DNA of 64,000 nt from Balanoglossus misakiensis (Eukaryota; Animalia; Hemichordata), in assembly GCA_040954595.2 (NCBI GenBank), contig CM082580.2, positions 7,728,390-7,792,389 of the forward strand, written 5' to 3'. The position numbers were made by a program, and so were the translations under genes. Of the stretch, positions 15,349 to 29,183 are shown piece after piece; within the stretch, counting starts at the first letter, position 1, and each line of letters begins with the position of its first letter. Below the pieces are notes generated by a model. The model was not told the DNA's origin. It did not search any database and saw only the letters and a program-made list of their open reading frames with translations.

Positions 15349-16051
15349 TGTAACAATATTGTGTCCATACACACCCACTTTCATAGCGCACTGTGATAGT
15401 GCGGTTGAGGCGAAACCTCAAGACACATTCCCCTGAATGTTTTGTCCAGCGACTATTTGGTCTATGGGCCCATTAATCCCATTATCATTTGGTCCGATGG
15501 CCAATAACGGCATTGAACACAGAGGGCGTACTTGGATGTACATCAAGTTACCAAAAGCCGAACTAATGGACAGTAAAGCACGTTCCAAAGATGCCATTAC
15601 TTTTCTTTCAAAACAGATTTATTGAGACTAAATATGCCTATAGACCCAAACTGAAGAACGTTTATTGCCTTCCGTCCAGCTTCTAATTCCTCAGTGACCA
15701 TCGTATTGGCCAAATCGTCAATTTTATCATGTCGGACTGTTAAAAGAGTGACACAGTCCGATTGCATGATGGTACACCACTTGACGGTATATTTCCGTGA
15801 GAAAGGGACAGAGCTTTGTTAGTGATGCATATTGTTGCCAGGTCAACCGCCGTAACTTTTAAATCAGCATGATGAAAAGCGATTTACATGTAAGAATGTG
15901 GGTAGTACTGGATAGTTCCCCTACTTGGAAGCATTGAAGTGAACGCAGTCACACAAATCCATGATCAAAAGCAAGTGGATGACACACGACGTCACCCATC
16001 GACTAAATCGAAGTTTTTTGTTTTTTTTTTGTGCTGAATTGTGCAATTTCG

Positions 16052-17540
16052 TCAATGGTCCACATCCCTAACTGGGAGGGAACCCATGGATTCTAAAATG
16101 GCGGACACGCCGCGTATGTTTTCGTCGACAATTTCTCGCAGTTCCTCAGAATACAGCTCCATCGTCCCCCGTGCGTCAAATCTTTCGAATCTGCGATGGT
16201 CAATGTCCTCCCGAATACACTGGAGTCTGTTCTCGTCGACCGTGGAGTTCATGTATTTCACGATGCGCAACACTTCCCTCTCTGGGTCGTCTTCCAGGTC
16301 TTCGTACCGAACGACAAGTAGCGGCCCGTTTCTCGTCAGCAACGTCGTCATCGTTTCTTGCCATCGTGGTGCATGCCAAGTCACAAATTCCTCCCAATCT
16401 ATATAAAATAGAGAAACGTAGTTCAGAGATACTGGGTGCGACGCCAAGAGTGCAGGGGCGTAATTGACCGTTTACACACACACTTTCATGGCGACATTAA
16501 AAAAACCTCACTGTACGTTGGAACAGGTGTGCACCAAGACGCTCAAGACACACCACGTACATCGCCAGACACCCGTTGCTTCGGAATACAAATATATATC
16601 ATTGAGACTCATTTCTGATATACACGGACGGTACTGCCTGTTCTGATTTTTTTAAATGTCGAGAGTAACGCCATCACTTGCCTTTTTCATTCTGCAAGTG
16701 TCTCTTCGTTGTGTCTTCAGAAGATGCAAAGTCTCCGTTTTGTTCCGCGGCTTCTCTGTTTCGTTCACACAGGAACAGCGAGTATGGATTGCGCATGACC
16801 AAGACAGTGGCGTCCAGTTGTACATCTTCGTCGACATCGTCTGCACCCATCTGTAGCAGTAACGTAGTGCCCGAATCCCACGCCTCCATTTCTCCAAGAA
16901 ATCCTGTCGTCAAAATTGACCATAACGCAATTTTAGAAGTATTTTTTTGTGTGGTTCTGTCGTCTCGCTGGATTTCGTAATGTATACTAAATGGAATAAA
17001 ACGTATGATAATAACTGTATTCAATCAAATTCCATCTAACTAAGCTTACCATCTCTGAAGAGCTCTTCGTTGTGTTCAATCGAACCGGTATAGACGCCGG
17101 TTGCCATCTCCAAGAGGTACCGCGTCAACTCACTACCTGTACACGTGTCACTAACCAACGCTATGATTGGTCGACTTGATGGATGACGTAAAGATACGTT
17201 GCATAGCCCATCTGTAATATTAATTAAGCTTAAAGATATTAATTTGCAAATTGACTTTATAACCCCTTTGCCTACTTTTTCGGGATTCATGTTCACAGTG
17301 TACCAACCATAGACTTGTTCGGCTCCCCGAGTTCACGTGGGAACTAAGACATCTACGGCAAGTCTGCAATTCATGTAGAAAAAAAAGTTTGACTGTACCT
17401 GGAATTTCTCTGTAGTGATGATTTGTCATTTTCACGGCGACCATCGGAAACCATATCGATATCGACACTGCAACGATCAGGATGGACAGCAGGACCCTCC
17501 TCTTGATGTAAAGCACATCTGTCTTACGCAGTCTGCTCAT
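16052..17540 (-). CDS. Type II membrane WSCD-family sulfotransferase-like protein (~290 aa), degenerate PAPS motif
   Basis: Exons 17399-17540, 17050-17211, 16682-16903 (GC donor GCAAGT), 16052-16398; 873 nt in frame. N-terminal TM (VLLSILIVAVSISIWFPMVAV). IALVSDTCTGSELTRYLLEMATGVYTGS, GFLGE, VLVMRNPYS, LLVVRYEDL and ENRLQC match the WSCD1/2 sulfotransferase-like domain layout. Confidence 0.8.
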
Positions 17541-19473
17541 AGTCCACAAAGAATGACTGAAAACGAAAGATTGTCAGTCTGGGGTTGATCCTGCCTCACA
17601 TTGTACAAACAGCACATAATGTGGACCGACTATTAGTAAATGCGGTAATATTTGATAAATGATGCAAACATGTTTCCCCCACTTTTGCATTTAGTTAAGT
17701 TGCAGCAATTACAACTTTCCTCCCCTGAAAACACAAAACCCATGGTGTCACGCCACGCAAAATACAACCAACAAAACTAGGTTGCTCGGGGATTAACTGA
17801 GATGTAGCAGCGGGCAAGCCAAATATGGAAACCATCAATTCAAATAATTATAAATAAACATGCACGTCTGGTTCAATCATTATATGATAGTTTGTACGTA
17901 CAACATGCACAATAAATAGAATTGAAAAGTAACAAAGTAAATAGTTTGAACTGTCATCCAAAATGACATTTCCTTTGGTCGAATGCTACAGGGCTACAGA
18001 CACGGGCATTTCGTATATGAGTACGTAGTCATTATATACACATCAGTTCAAATACGTTTCAAGGTTAATCCTTTGAAACAGGATGCCGACATAATAACCC
18101 GACAATTCATCGGTTCCCATATTTTTTTGTCAACGTAGCAAATAAAAACCACAGCAGATTTTTGCTGAGACTTCGTGGATGAGTACCAACCACTCTAATG
18201 GTTAATTAAGCATGTATTAACTTTACATTATTGTGAACCCATTATAATAAAATTGTTGTAAATATGATAAAACATGTAAAAATCGCTAGGAAATTGTCCA
18301 GTGATAAAAGTTACATCGCTTGCTATTCACTTCTCTTAATCAAAGCATCAAATACAAATCGACGGGAGAGAGTTGAATACGAGTGGAGACGATTTCTCTC
18401 TTCCAAACTGTCAAAATTGGGAGATTATTTAAACGTGACAACGTGGCTACCAAGCCTTTGTTTATAGTAGTTCATATTAATAGTCCACAAATGTTGACGC
18501 AGAAATATTACGAACTGATATCACTTACGTTCCAACAAGCTTTATGCACCCTTGTACCTGGCTGGGAGATATTGCTTGCCCCTGTGTATCGTTGGTTCAC
18601 GTTTTAGGTGGTCACAAACCCATTTTCCCTTCAAATGCTGTGAAATTTGTAATCACGGTGACCAGGGAATATCTGTACGGATTTGCCTATACGTACATCG
18701 CTGTCAGATTCAATCTGTGGTACCAGAAACGCTCGCTGGGACTTATTCATTTATGTAAATTAATCCCATGGGCGATGCTAGCATTTGAGCCATGTGGCAA
18801 CAGGTGGCGGTAATGTCACATTGGCATGGCAACAGCCGAAGTCTATAAAACGGAAACCAATACTGGCTGCGTCCCTTTACAGTGTGATCGATAAGTGCAT
18901 TGTTCGATGTGCGAAACCTTAGACAGATAATGGTGAAACAGAAAACGCCATCGTGTCTGGCATGAGAGTGACAACTTTTTGACAACTTGGTGTCTTTTTT
19001 TTGTTCGCTAATTTTATATTTTAGTCCCCGATAAAGTTTACCTGTGTGTGGTCGAAACGCAGAGGAAGAATGCTTCTGATCCGCTGACCCCTAATTCCTT
19101 GAGCTGAAAAAAATAAATAAAAATGTCATAGCCCACACTTCTTGATTATCAAAATCCTGACTCAATTTGTTCCTTGAAAATCCCTTTCGACATTGGATAG
19201 GGATTTTCTTTATCAGCTTTTATATTCTAAATTTTTTGTCTTTCAACATTGATTACATACAAGCCTATACTGCAATCGTCATGAAGACTCAATGCAATCT
19301 TCTAGCAGAGAATGCGCACTGGCGAGGGCGGATCTGTCCGATAGTCCCCTGCCCCATCTTCGCCGTTCGTGGGTACGGTGCAGCGCCAGCAGTCGGAGGG
19401 CGTTATCCACGTGATATCTCGCAATGTCACGTCGCTACACCAAGTCACCTGATCGAATGACGTCATATCCAAT

Positions 19474-22400
19474 ATGGTTGAACCTGGGAAGGATATCTCC
19501 AGTTTGACTACCGGTCTGAGCGAAGCGGAAAAAGCCCATCTAAGAGAAGTCATGAAGCGGGCAAAGGTAGGATACGATCAAGCTTACCCGCGTCTGCGGT
19601 AATATTAGTCGGCAGTGTCTCTTTGAAGTTAAGTAACCACGATTTTGTTCATCGCTTGAGATCGTCGTCTGATGTTCCCCATTCATCCCCGTGTCATTCA
19701 AGGGGTGGTTTACCGTTTTACGTGAATGACCTTTGCGTCGCAATGTTTGGTTATGGTACAGTCGAAATTCTTTCAAGTTAGCAACTGGTAGTAAAGTGAA
19801 CTGTTCAGTATTTAAAGTCACCGTGACCTGGATCCCCCAAATCCGTATTTGTCGAAACGTGTCTTTGAAGTTTGGTTATCATGATCATGACGGTTACATG
19901 TAAATGTACATTTCGGTGACCATGGTTTCCATTCGAGTTCGGATGGTTTGGATTGAATTTGATGTGTCTGGTGTTTGGAACGAATAGATTGTTTGAGGAT
20001 CTCTGATTTCAGATCATTTACACAAATCACTCACGACGGCAATTGTCCTGAACTTCACACGGTCGTGTACGCGTGTGTTCCTTCCTCCAGTGTGTAATGT
20101 TTACATGGTGCTTGTACGTTGCCCTCCCTTCGAGTAACCATTGTACCTGTTCATGGGTGACTCACCCAGCCCTAATGACTGTACTGTTACATGTAATACA
20201 CTTACAGTTGTACGGTTGTGCTGATATGTACAGAATAGTACATGCACCGTGGATGTAAGTCCATGTATGCACGTAACATTGACAGGAGTACCATGGATAT
20301 TCTACTAACTACTAGTAGTCCCTTGACTGTCCACTATAGAGAGGTTTGACTGTATCATTTACGTACTGAAAGACTGTTCTGGTTGAGGTACATTTGTAGA
20401 ACACATACAGTTGTATGTAATATCATATTAAGTAAATACCCATAGATACAGGAGTTGATACTGATATATGTTGTAATGTACATGTACAATGTCATCACAG
20501 TGCTTTGTCGTACAAAGGTCAGAGAGTTTATGCATGCTTATTGAATATAAATCTTAGTTTTTTGAAGTCAGTTTAAGATGCTATCCTAAACGACACAGTC
20601 TTACTCAATATTTGTACAAGACTACAACTTTATTGTCATCACATTATCCATAAAACAGTCTGTTATAAACTGACGCTGAAGTTGTGCGAATCATTTAAAA
20701 CCTTTGTGTACTGAGAAGAAAATTTAAGTCTACATGACATGTCATGAGTAGGTTGCAGTAAATCCTGTACAATGTATTTTGCAGTACGCACAACCATGTA
20801 TTACCTATAGTAATACTTTTCATGATTTTGTGCAAATGTAAAACACAATGTGTGATTGGTATGGCTTTAATCCACAGGGAGACAGTTAGATGAGAGATAA
20901 TGTGTTGCCAGTGTCGCCTCAGAAGTATCTAAACAACCAGTCTAGCTTCAGGGCAGTCAATGACACAATTTTCTTTAATGCTATCTCTATGATTGATATG
21001 TCATGTATATGTTACTAGCACTTGGGCTGTTTTTTTTTTTTTTTTCGATGGAGATATAACTGTCTCAGAGGTATTTTCCAGCCAGTCAGTTGGTTGCAGA
21101 GCAGTGTATGATGCAAATGAGATTGTATGGGTTTCAAACCATTTCTTTATAGAGCTGCACCAAACTTGTAATAAATGTCATAGATATTTGGAAGGAATTG
21201 ATACCAGGAGTACATGTACTGGAGCATGCCAACTCTTGTGTGTAATAATGTATGTATGTGTGTGTGTTCTACATGTATAGGTTACTCTCTAACACATCTC
21301 CAACAATCTGATAACAAGTTATGCAGTACAGACCAGACTATGTATTTTAAACCATGTCTGACGCACACACGCCCAATTGTGCATGCATGGAAATGTTTAA
21401 AAGATTTGGGTATTAAAGTGGAAGAAATCCCAGCTGGGTCCAGGCTAGTCTCAGATATACGACTTTTCCTCGTCTGCTCTCATTTTAATATGCTTCACGG
21501 TGCTCCCTGTTGAACCCAAAGAAAAGAGAGAGAATTTTAGGACCACTTGCAAGTATAGAGCCAAGAGCCAAAATTTAATTGAAACATAATAAATTTCCTG
21601 TAAAAATAACCTTGTAGAAGAATATCCCACTACGTGTCATGTCTTTTCACTTCAAATGAAAAAAATGACTTTAAAATGCCATCATTTGGTGAAAATTTTC
21701 TTTGGATGTGTTGCAAGATACTCATGACGTGTTTCTGTAGTTATATTTATTAGAGCATTGACGTCAGTTGAGTAAGCTCTGTATTTACTTGGATGCATCG
21801 AATGAATCCATGTACATCCACGGCGCATGAGGTGACTGTCAAATTTAGATTACAGAGAAAATCCGTCTGTACTAAAATTGACACACAAATGTAAGCTTTT
21901 ATAACAACTTGCGCACAAAGTCATAATTCAAAATTGGCATACAGTTGTTAGCAAATGACATCACAGTTTATAACAAACATTGGATACCGACGCATGATCG
22001 AAAATTCAAATAGTGTGGCTCCCATGGTTAACAACGCATACATTTGTCAAGTCTACCAGAAAGTAGATTGGTCCCCCCAGGGAACAGTACCACTAATACC
22101 AAATAATTTTTGTATTCAAATGTTATGAAAGATATACACTGACTTCATTTCATGTAATTTCACCGTCCTATTTTTCCTTCTGAGGTCATGCTTGTGCAAA
22201 GAATCCACTTCTGTGTCTATACTCGGACGCATATAATTCACTCATTGGCTTTGCATTCCATTTTACTGTCAAACCTTATCATCTGATAAGGCAAATATTT
22301 CCTGACTATTTCTCTTAAACGCATTCCTCGCTTTTATCTGACGGCCTGGAGTAATAATACTACATGTTATAATAATAATCCTCATCCCATTTTCTGCCTT

Positions 22401-25124
22401 CTTTTTTTCCACATTACAGACACCCATGGGATATATTCCCCTTGATTTATATCTCCGACCGGTATGCATTCTCCAGATCATTTGACTTGCCACTGAATCT
22501 GCTAAAAAAGAAAAAAAATATGCAAAATCTCTGCCTCTGTTTGAGCATGCTCAGTAATTATTTTATATTCTTTTGATTTTCAATGGAGCCATGGTGTTTG
22601 CTGTCCATGCATTTATGATGGATTGAGTGGATGAAAGTGAATAAATTTTGTATGGTTTTTTGGTCAGTTTGCGTCTCCCTTCTTTTGGAACTCCTCGGGT
22701 CCTGGTGTCAAGTTCTGAGCATTTGCATGATCCGCGACAAAAAAAATCGCTGGTCTTCTTGAATGACCTAAAAGTAACTCACTATTTGTGGTAGAATGAT
22801 CAGTTAGTAAATGTCCTTCATTTAGGCATTTCTGTGTGTGGCTACACTTGGGACCTTAGTAAAAAAATGCATTTTCTTCAGAACTGTGAACAGGACCCGG
22901 GGTATTCACTTGTATATTTTTATAACAAATTAACTGCATTTGCATGGCGAAAAAACAAACAGTGTATGTATAGAGCACATTGTGAAAGTTTCTGTTGAAT
23001 AATTGATGTACCTGTCACTCACAAGTGTATTTGATAAAGACGCCATCTTTGCTCAAACCCTGTACAATATTTAACTTACAATACATGCACATGTAACTAC
23101 CCCTGGTATGCTCACTGGCTGCATCAGCTGACCCCCCCCCCCCTTTCCTCGTGACCTCTCCCCCCACTTAATCAAATGCATTAAGCCATAGTCCATATTC
23201 ATATTCTAAATATTTGGATCATACCATGTTTTGTAGGGAAGTCCATAGACATCCTTGAAATAAGTTACATGTGCATGTTGCAGTGAATTAAGATCTCGGG
23301 TTACTACATTACAACATCCATGAAAAACATACCCTCCAAAATGCCCAAGAGAACATGTTGATATTGTATATTTGAGGGCTCAGCCATAAGACAAGATCTT
23401 CCCTGCCATTATCGCTGCCGTTTGTGACCCATCTGCAAAGGCCATAAAACAAGGAAATTGGGGACTAAAATATTTTAATATGAATGTGTTTCTTTTATAT
23501 CTTGCAGGAGTTTGAAGCAGATGAAGAGAATTTTCTGAAGTAAGTATACTAGCATGCGGAACAGCTCCTACAGCACTATACTGAAGGGACTTTTGTGTAG
23601 TGGTAAATTCTCCAATAACTTTGCACAGGTGCAGTCAATGCATGTGCATACAGTGGGGAAATCTACCACAGGCACTGACCACTCTCTGAGAGATACAGCT
23701 TGGCATTGTGGGTACACACACACGCACGCTCATCAAGAGGTGAGACGTCGAAGAGGCCCACAAAACATGTCATATTTTTTGCAAAGTGGTCTGTCAGATG
23801 TAATATAAGTAATTTGGCATAGATGCTCATGACCTTGTTGGCCTACATTAGCTAATCTGGATAAATAGAGGTTGGATCAAGTTGCCATCTGTCAGAGAAA
23901 TGATCAAAAGAATTCAGTCTTACATTCATTGTCAGTTGACAAGAGTCCTACCATATGTAGCTTAGAGTCAATTCTCATTGGTGTGATGGTGGTTTTACAG
24001 GACACCCTTGGAAGGGCAACTGAACAAATACACCAATGTGATGAAAGGATGGCAACACAGGTGGTTCGTCTTGGACCAGGAGAAGGGAATGCTGTCATAC
24101 TATGTGGTGAGTCCATCAGTTCATGTTGCATCACAGTACATTAAAGCACATCACATTATATTACATAACATATCTTCATTATGTTCTGTCACATGCATGC
24201 ACATCTTTCATCTTGTAGACACGACATCATTTTCTAAGATGCCGCATCAAATATCATGTTGATGCCACATCCCTAGAGTATATCTCCGTATCTTACAGCA
24301 TTGCAGCACCCCACATTGCATGGTAGTACAGCACACGACATGACACAATGTGATTCTGCACCACAACTGATTGTCAGTTTATACATCACAGCACAGTACA
24401 TGTCATACTGAGTAAAAATTTCCTTGTTGATGTTTTTTTTTATAGAATGAAGAAAACAAGAGACAGAGGCCCAGAGGCTTGGTTACTCTTGGAGTAAGTG
24501 TGAATTTAAATTTCTATTTATGTACAGATTTAATACTAGTACTTGTAGTATGTTATAACCGACCTATATAAGTTGTACTGTACAGTAAGTTTTGAGATGA
24601 ACTGTCCAATAATTATGCAAATGAAGGCATGGGGTCAGGTGGGGGGAGGGGTTCTGTTAGAGCCCTCAGGAAAAACTCAGTAGTGCTACTAGTACTTCCA
24701 ACATATAATTTTAAGGTCTCCGGGAGGAATGGCGTCATGAAAAATGAAAATCCACATTCATACACGTGTACATCGTGCATGTATGATTAATGGGTTGTGG
24801 TCTAATGGGATTTGGAGATAATTGCATTCTTGACATTGTATTGTTGAGCAGAAAATGTCAAGTGCTGGATGACATTCATGTATTATTTGTGCCGATGCAG
24901 GGAAGTAGGACAGTGCTCCTCGTCAACGCAGGAAATGGGGGCAGCGTTTGTCGTTGCGTTTGTGAAATACCACATTTAATACTGGGCAGTGATATGTGGG
25001 ATAATGTTTTTTGTTAAAGAGTTTGATGTACCGCAGTACATCATGGATTTCGTTGTACGTGACAATGTGACATCATGTAGGATGCATTGTTTGTTAACTT
25101 TACATACAGTGGTCTCCCCCAGGG

Positions 25125-25165
<41 letters not shown>

Positions 25166-28100
25166 CTCAAGCTTCCCCTGTTGAAATAGGAATACAATAC
25201 AATGACCAAGTTATACATTTGTGTGTGTTTTATAAACACTTAGCCACCAACTTATCATAAATTTTAGTGGATGTAAAACAAAGAATTTACTTACTTTGGC
25301 CTAACTTACTGAAATAAAAATGATGAGTTGTGTCTTTCAATCATACATCAAGAGCTCCTGTGATATCGCTGAGAAGCTGATAGTATTAATGAGAGGGAAT
25401 TTAATCTATTTGGAATTAAATGAAAATTGCATGTTACTAGATTGCATGATGGCAATCAGATTATATCATCAACTATACCTGGAAGCACTTTGAATTGGTT
25501 AACAGACCAAATATTATATTACAGATTAATGAATGTATATGTCCAAGCAATCATGATGAAAAATTCTTGATAAACTGAATGGGCGCCATTTTGTATGGTG
25601 CGTATGTGGGCAAGAAGAAATTCATAAATTATCTGCTATAAATTGTTGATGTTTTAGTGTCATCTCAGTTTCCAGGTGTTAATAAAAATATTTGTAAAGG
25701 ACTATAGATTTAATTTTATCACTGTGTGGTCGACTCAGATAAGAAAGTGTGTTATCAACAGTTTTAAGCTATATGTTATTTTATCTTCTTCATAGAAAGA
25801 AGTGGAATTCAATACAATGTTGTGATATCTCTTACAGAAGTTGCATTTATGTTATCATGTTTGATCTCTAACAGAAATTTTTGTCACATTTTGGATTTTA
25901 TTTGCTTTTCAAATAGATTTTCATGCTAGAATCTCCCTGCTGCCATTGCAACATTGCCCAGTTTTATTCATTGCGTTGATTTTGTATTTTTAAGGGAGCA
26001 GTGATATCGCCCAGTGATGAGGACTCCCAGACATTCTCAGTCAACGCTGCAAACGGAGAGGTCTACAGACTCCGGGCGTCGGACGCCAAAGAGCGGCAAC
26101 ACTGGGTCAACAAACTGCGGGCGGTGACTCAGTATCACACGGAGCAGATGGCCAAGGTGTGTTTGGGATGGGTTGTGCCATCACAGGGGAGAACCTTTCG
26201 ATTCCTTGGGGGTGGGGGGGTCGATAGAGGATATTTGGAAAACAATGATGACAGATGGTGCGGAGGGAAAACAAATTCTTCTGCACTGCTGTGAGGAAAA
26301 GGGTGGACTGGCTATCAACAACAAAATTGCTGTATTCAGTGGCTGAAACAAAACTGGCTGGCATACCAACCCCCCCCCCCCCCCATCGAAATCAAATGGT
26401 TCTCCCCTTACTGCTGACCTGTCCCTTGTATATTAATCTGGTGTACTGAAGTGCAGTGTCATATAACTGTAAGAGAAAGTGAATTGGAGGAAGCTGTAGT
26501 GTAATTAACAACGGTAGAAATCTATTCAGGATATTTTTTAGCCATTCATTGCATCCAAGCGAAACCACTCTCTCTGACCAGTCCACTGAATCACAGTAAC
26601 TGTTCCGTTTGAGATTTTTTTTTACTCATTAGTTCTGCAAGGCTTGAACGTACTTTATCTGCCAGACTGTTTCCTTGGCAACGAGTGGGGTTGATTAATT
26701 AAACTCCCCCTTTCTAGACTGTCCAGACTTCATCAACCTAAAGTTTTAGTCTTGTGTGTAGCCTAGTCAAGTTTGGAGACTTTTGCCAAATGTGCAAGAA
26801 GAAGTTTCCCTTTGAGAATTTTGCCTGTTTTTTTTTCTTTCAAAAAAATCAACAACAGTGTTAATTTAGCAGAGTTTGACATTTTTCCAATGGTAGGTTT
26901 GAGTACTGCTTTCTTCTATCAAAATGAACAGCATAATGAAGTCTTTTATTTTAATTTTAGCCAATTCAAAGCGCAGTTCTCAAAAATAGGATCATTGTAT
27001 GCCTCTTTCAGCAGGTGGGCCCACCATTGCAATTGAACCGACCGAGCAGCTCATTCAACGACATCGGTCCGCTGGTGGGTTCGACGACGACAAGGAGGGC
27101 GAGCGGGGGCAGCCTCGGTGGGCACAAAAGCTCGCCTGGCGGAACGCCCGTACAGACCAGAAGGTCCAAGCACAAGACGACGGCGTCCACCACGGAATTA
27201 AGAGAAGATCCCTTCCGCAACGTCAAGGAAGCGCTCACCAACACGGAAGATCTACACAGGGAATTAGTAGATAATATAGAGGTACGCTATTTTTTTTTAC
27301 GTCATCTCTGTCAGTAACTGTTCACAAGTGTGCATAACCAACTGAACTCTAGTTTTTCGTCACATTATGTACAATAGCAAATTTGATACAGTGTTATCCC
27401 AGAGCAATTAGAGAGTGTTTTGGAAAAATAGAAACTCATTAACATAACCATTATCCATATTGTTATGTAAATTAGCAGCCACTGCCAGAAATTCCTGGGG
27501 AGAACACTGTGATATCTTCCCTCCGAACAATTATTAGAGTGCCTGACCTTTACCCACATGATTTGACCCCCTAGCATGAAATAAAAACCTAGTTGAACCC
27601 AGAAAATATGCTAGCTGAAAATATTTTTGGAGTGTTCAATTATTGCATTCATGCTGATTTAGACAACAAAAAGAATTGAATAATGGAAATGCAGATGGCC
27701 AATATTTTTGGAATTTCAAAATATATTTTGGAACCAAACACCTGGCTGGTTGCTATTCATAGTGACGTGGGATCGAAATAATGGTCGAGCAGATGTCATT
27801 TCTGCTGCACTGCCCTAGTGAGATCTGTGATGCAACGTTCACAAACACAGACAGAACTCAGATAAAGCATATTTGCTCTACCTCCGACTACATAGAATTG
27901 TTGCCTTAATCTATTAATGATGCATGAATCACAAACACGCAACCTCAGCTTGAGCAAGCAGGCGTAACCTCTCGGGTCAAAGGTCACAGCCAGATAATAT
28001 CAGATAGGTGTCTATACATGTAGACAAATCTGTTGTCTTATCACATGAACGAGAGGTTTGATAAGCTGAAATTATATGAGTGAGTTATCTTTTGTGGTTT

Positions 28101-29118
28101 TGATAATGTTCTCTTGAAAGCCAGGCTTTTCATTTCTGATTGATGTATTTTAATATTTTATGGCTTCTGCTCTGTGCATGTACTCCCGAGATATTGCTTT
28201 AAAGGGTAACCTTGGCTCAACCCACTGGTGTGTGTAGTTTCCAGCCGTGCTGTTGTAAGGGTCACATTGAGGTCATCTAGGGGTCAGGTCACATGCAAAT
28301 GAGGTTTACTAATTTGCATATCAGATATTGCACCATAACGCAGCGATATTTTATTTCTCCCGGCAGGCGCTTCCACAATCAGGCCACCATATCAACTCAC
28401 TAGATCATGTAAGTATCCTCTCCTGTTTTGCTCCGTTTTGTTGTTGTTAAAAATGTGGGTATGATCGATGACGAATGGTGAGTATTTCAAAGATGATTGA
28501 TGAGCTGCTTGTGTTTTTAGTGCAGCTGATGTTGTGCGTTGATGTTGAAGTTTGAATGTTGATACAGGCGATATGAAACAGGAAGATTAATGTACGGTAT
28601 ATATATAATGCTTTGGCTTTGATGTATAGAGAAGTGAATAGAGTGGCTTCATCAAACGAAGACCACAGCAGTCATTCAAGGTTGGCTTTGTCGGAGTCAT
28701 AACAAAAACAGTCGGTTCAGATCAGATATGCTGTTTTGTATTATGATGTACATGAGTGGCTGATTTATGGCTTAGGTGCAAGTTTGAGGTACATGGGTGT
28801 GAGTGTTTCCCCAAAATTCAGAGTAATTGTGAAAAGAGTATACAGTACTTTGGATAGATAAGTGCATTCTGAAAGACTACTGTGATGCCACGAGCCGTTT
28901 TTGACGTATCTGTGGGAGGTGGACCATTAATTTTAAGGCTGTGCTTGTCACTTGTGGAGTTTCGTCTGATGTGTCAAGCACAATGTGAATTTTGAATCAT
29001 GAACAAACAATGAGGTACACCCACATCGATAGGTGTACCTGGGCAAGGATAATACATGTATGACATGCAGGGGGTGTATGTCTATGTGTTTATGTGCAGG
29101 TGTGGGTGGGTGTTCAAT

Positions 29119-29183
<65 letters not shown>

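Noticed and set aside
22690-22905. Imperfect ~25-bp inverted repeats bounding ~200 bp in ORP intron 1
   Set aside because: Possibly an old MITE, but no clear TSD or second copy in the window.
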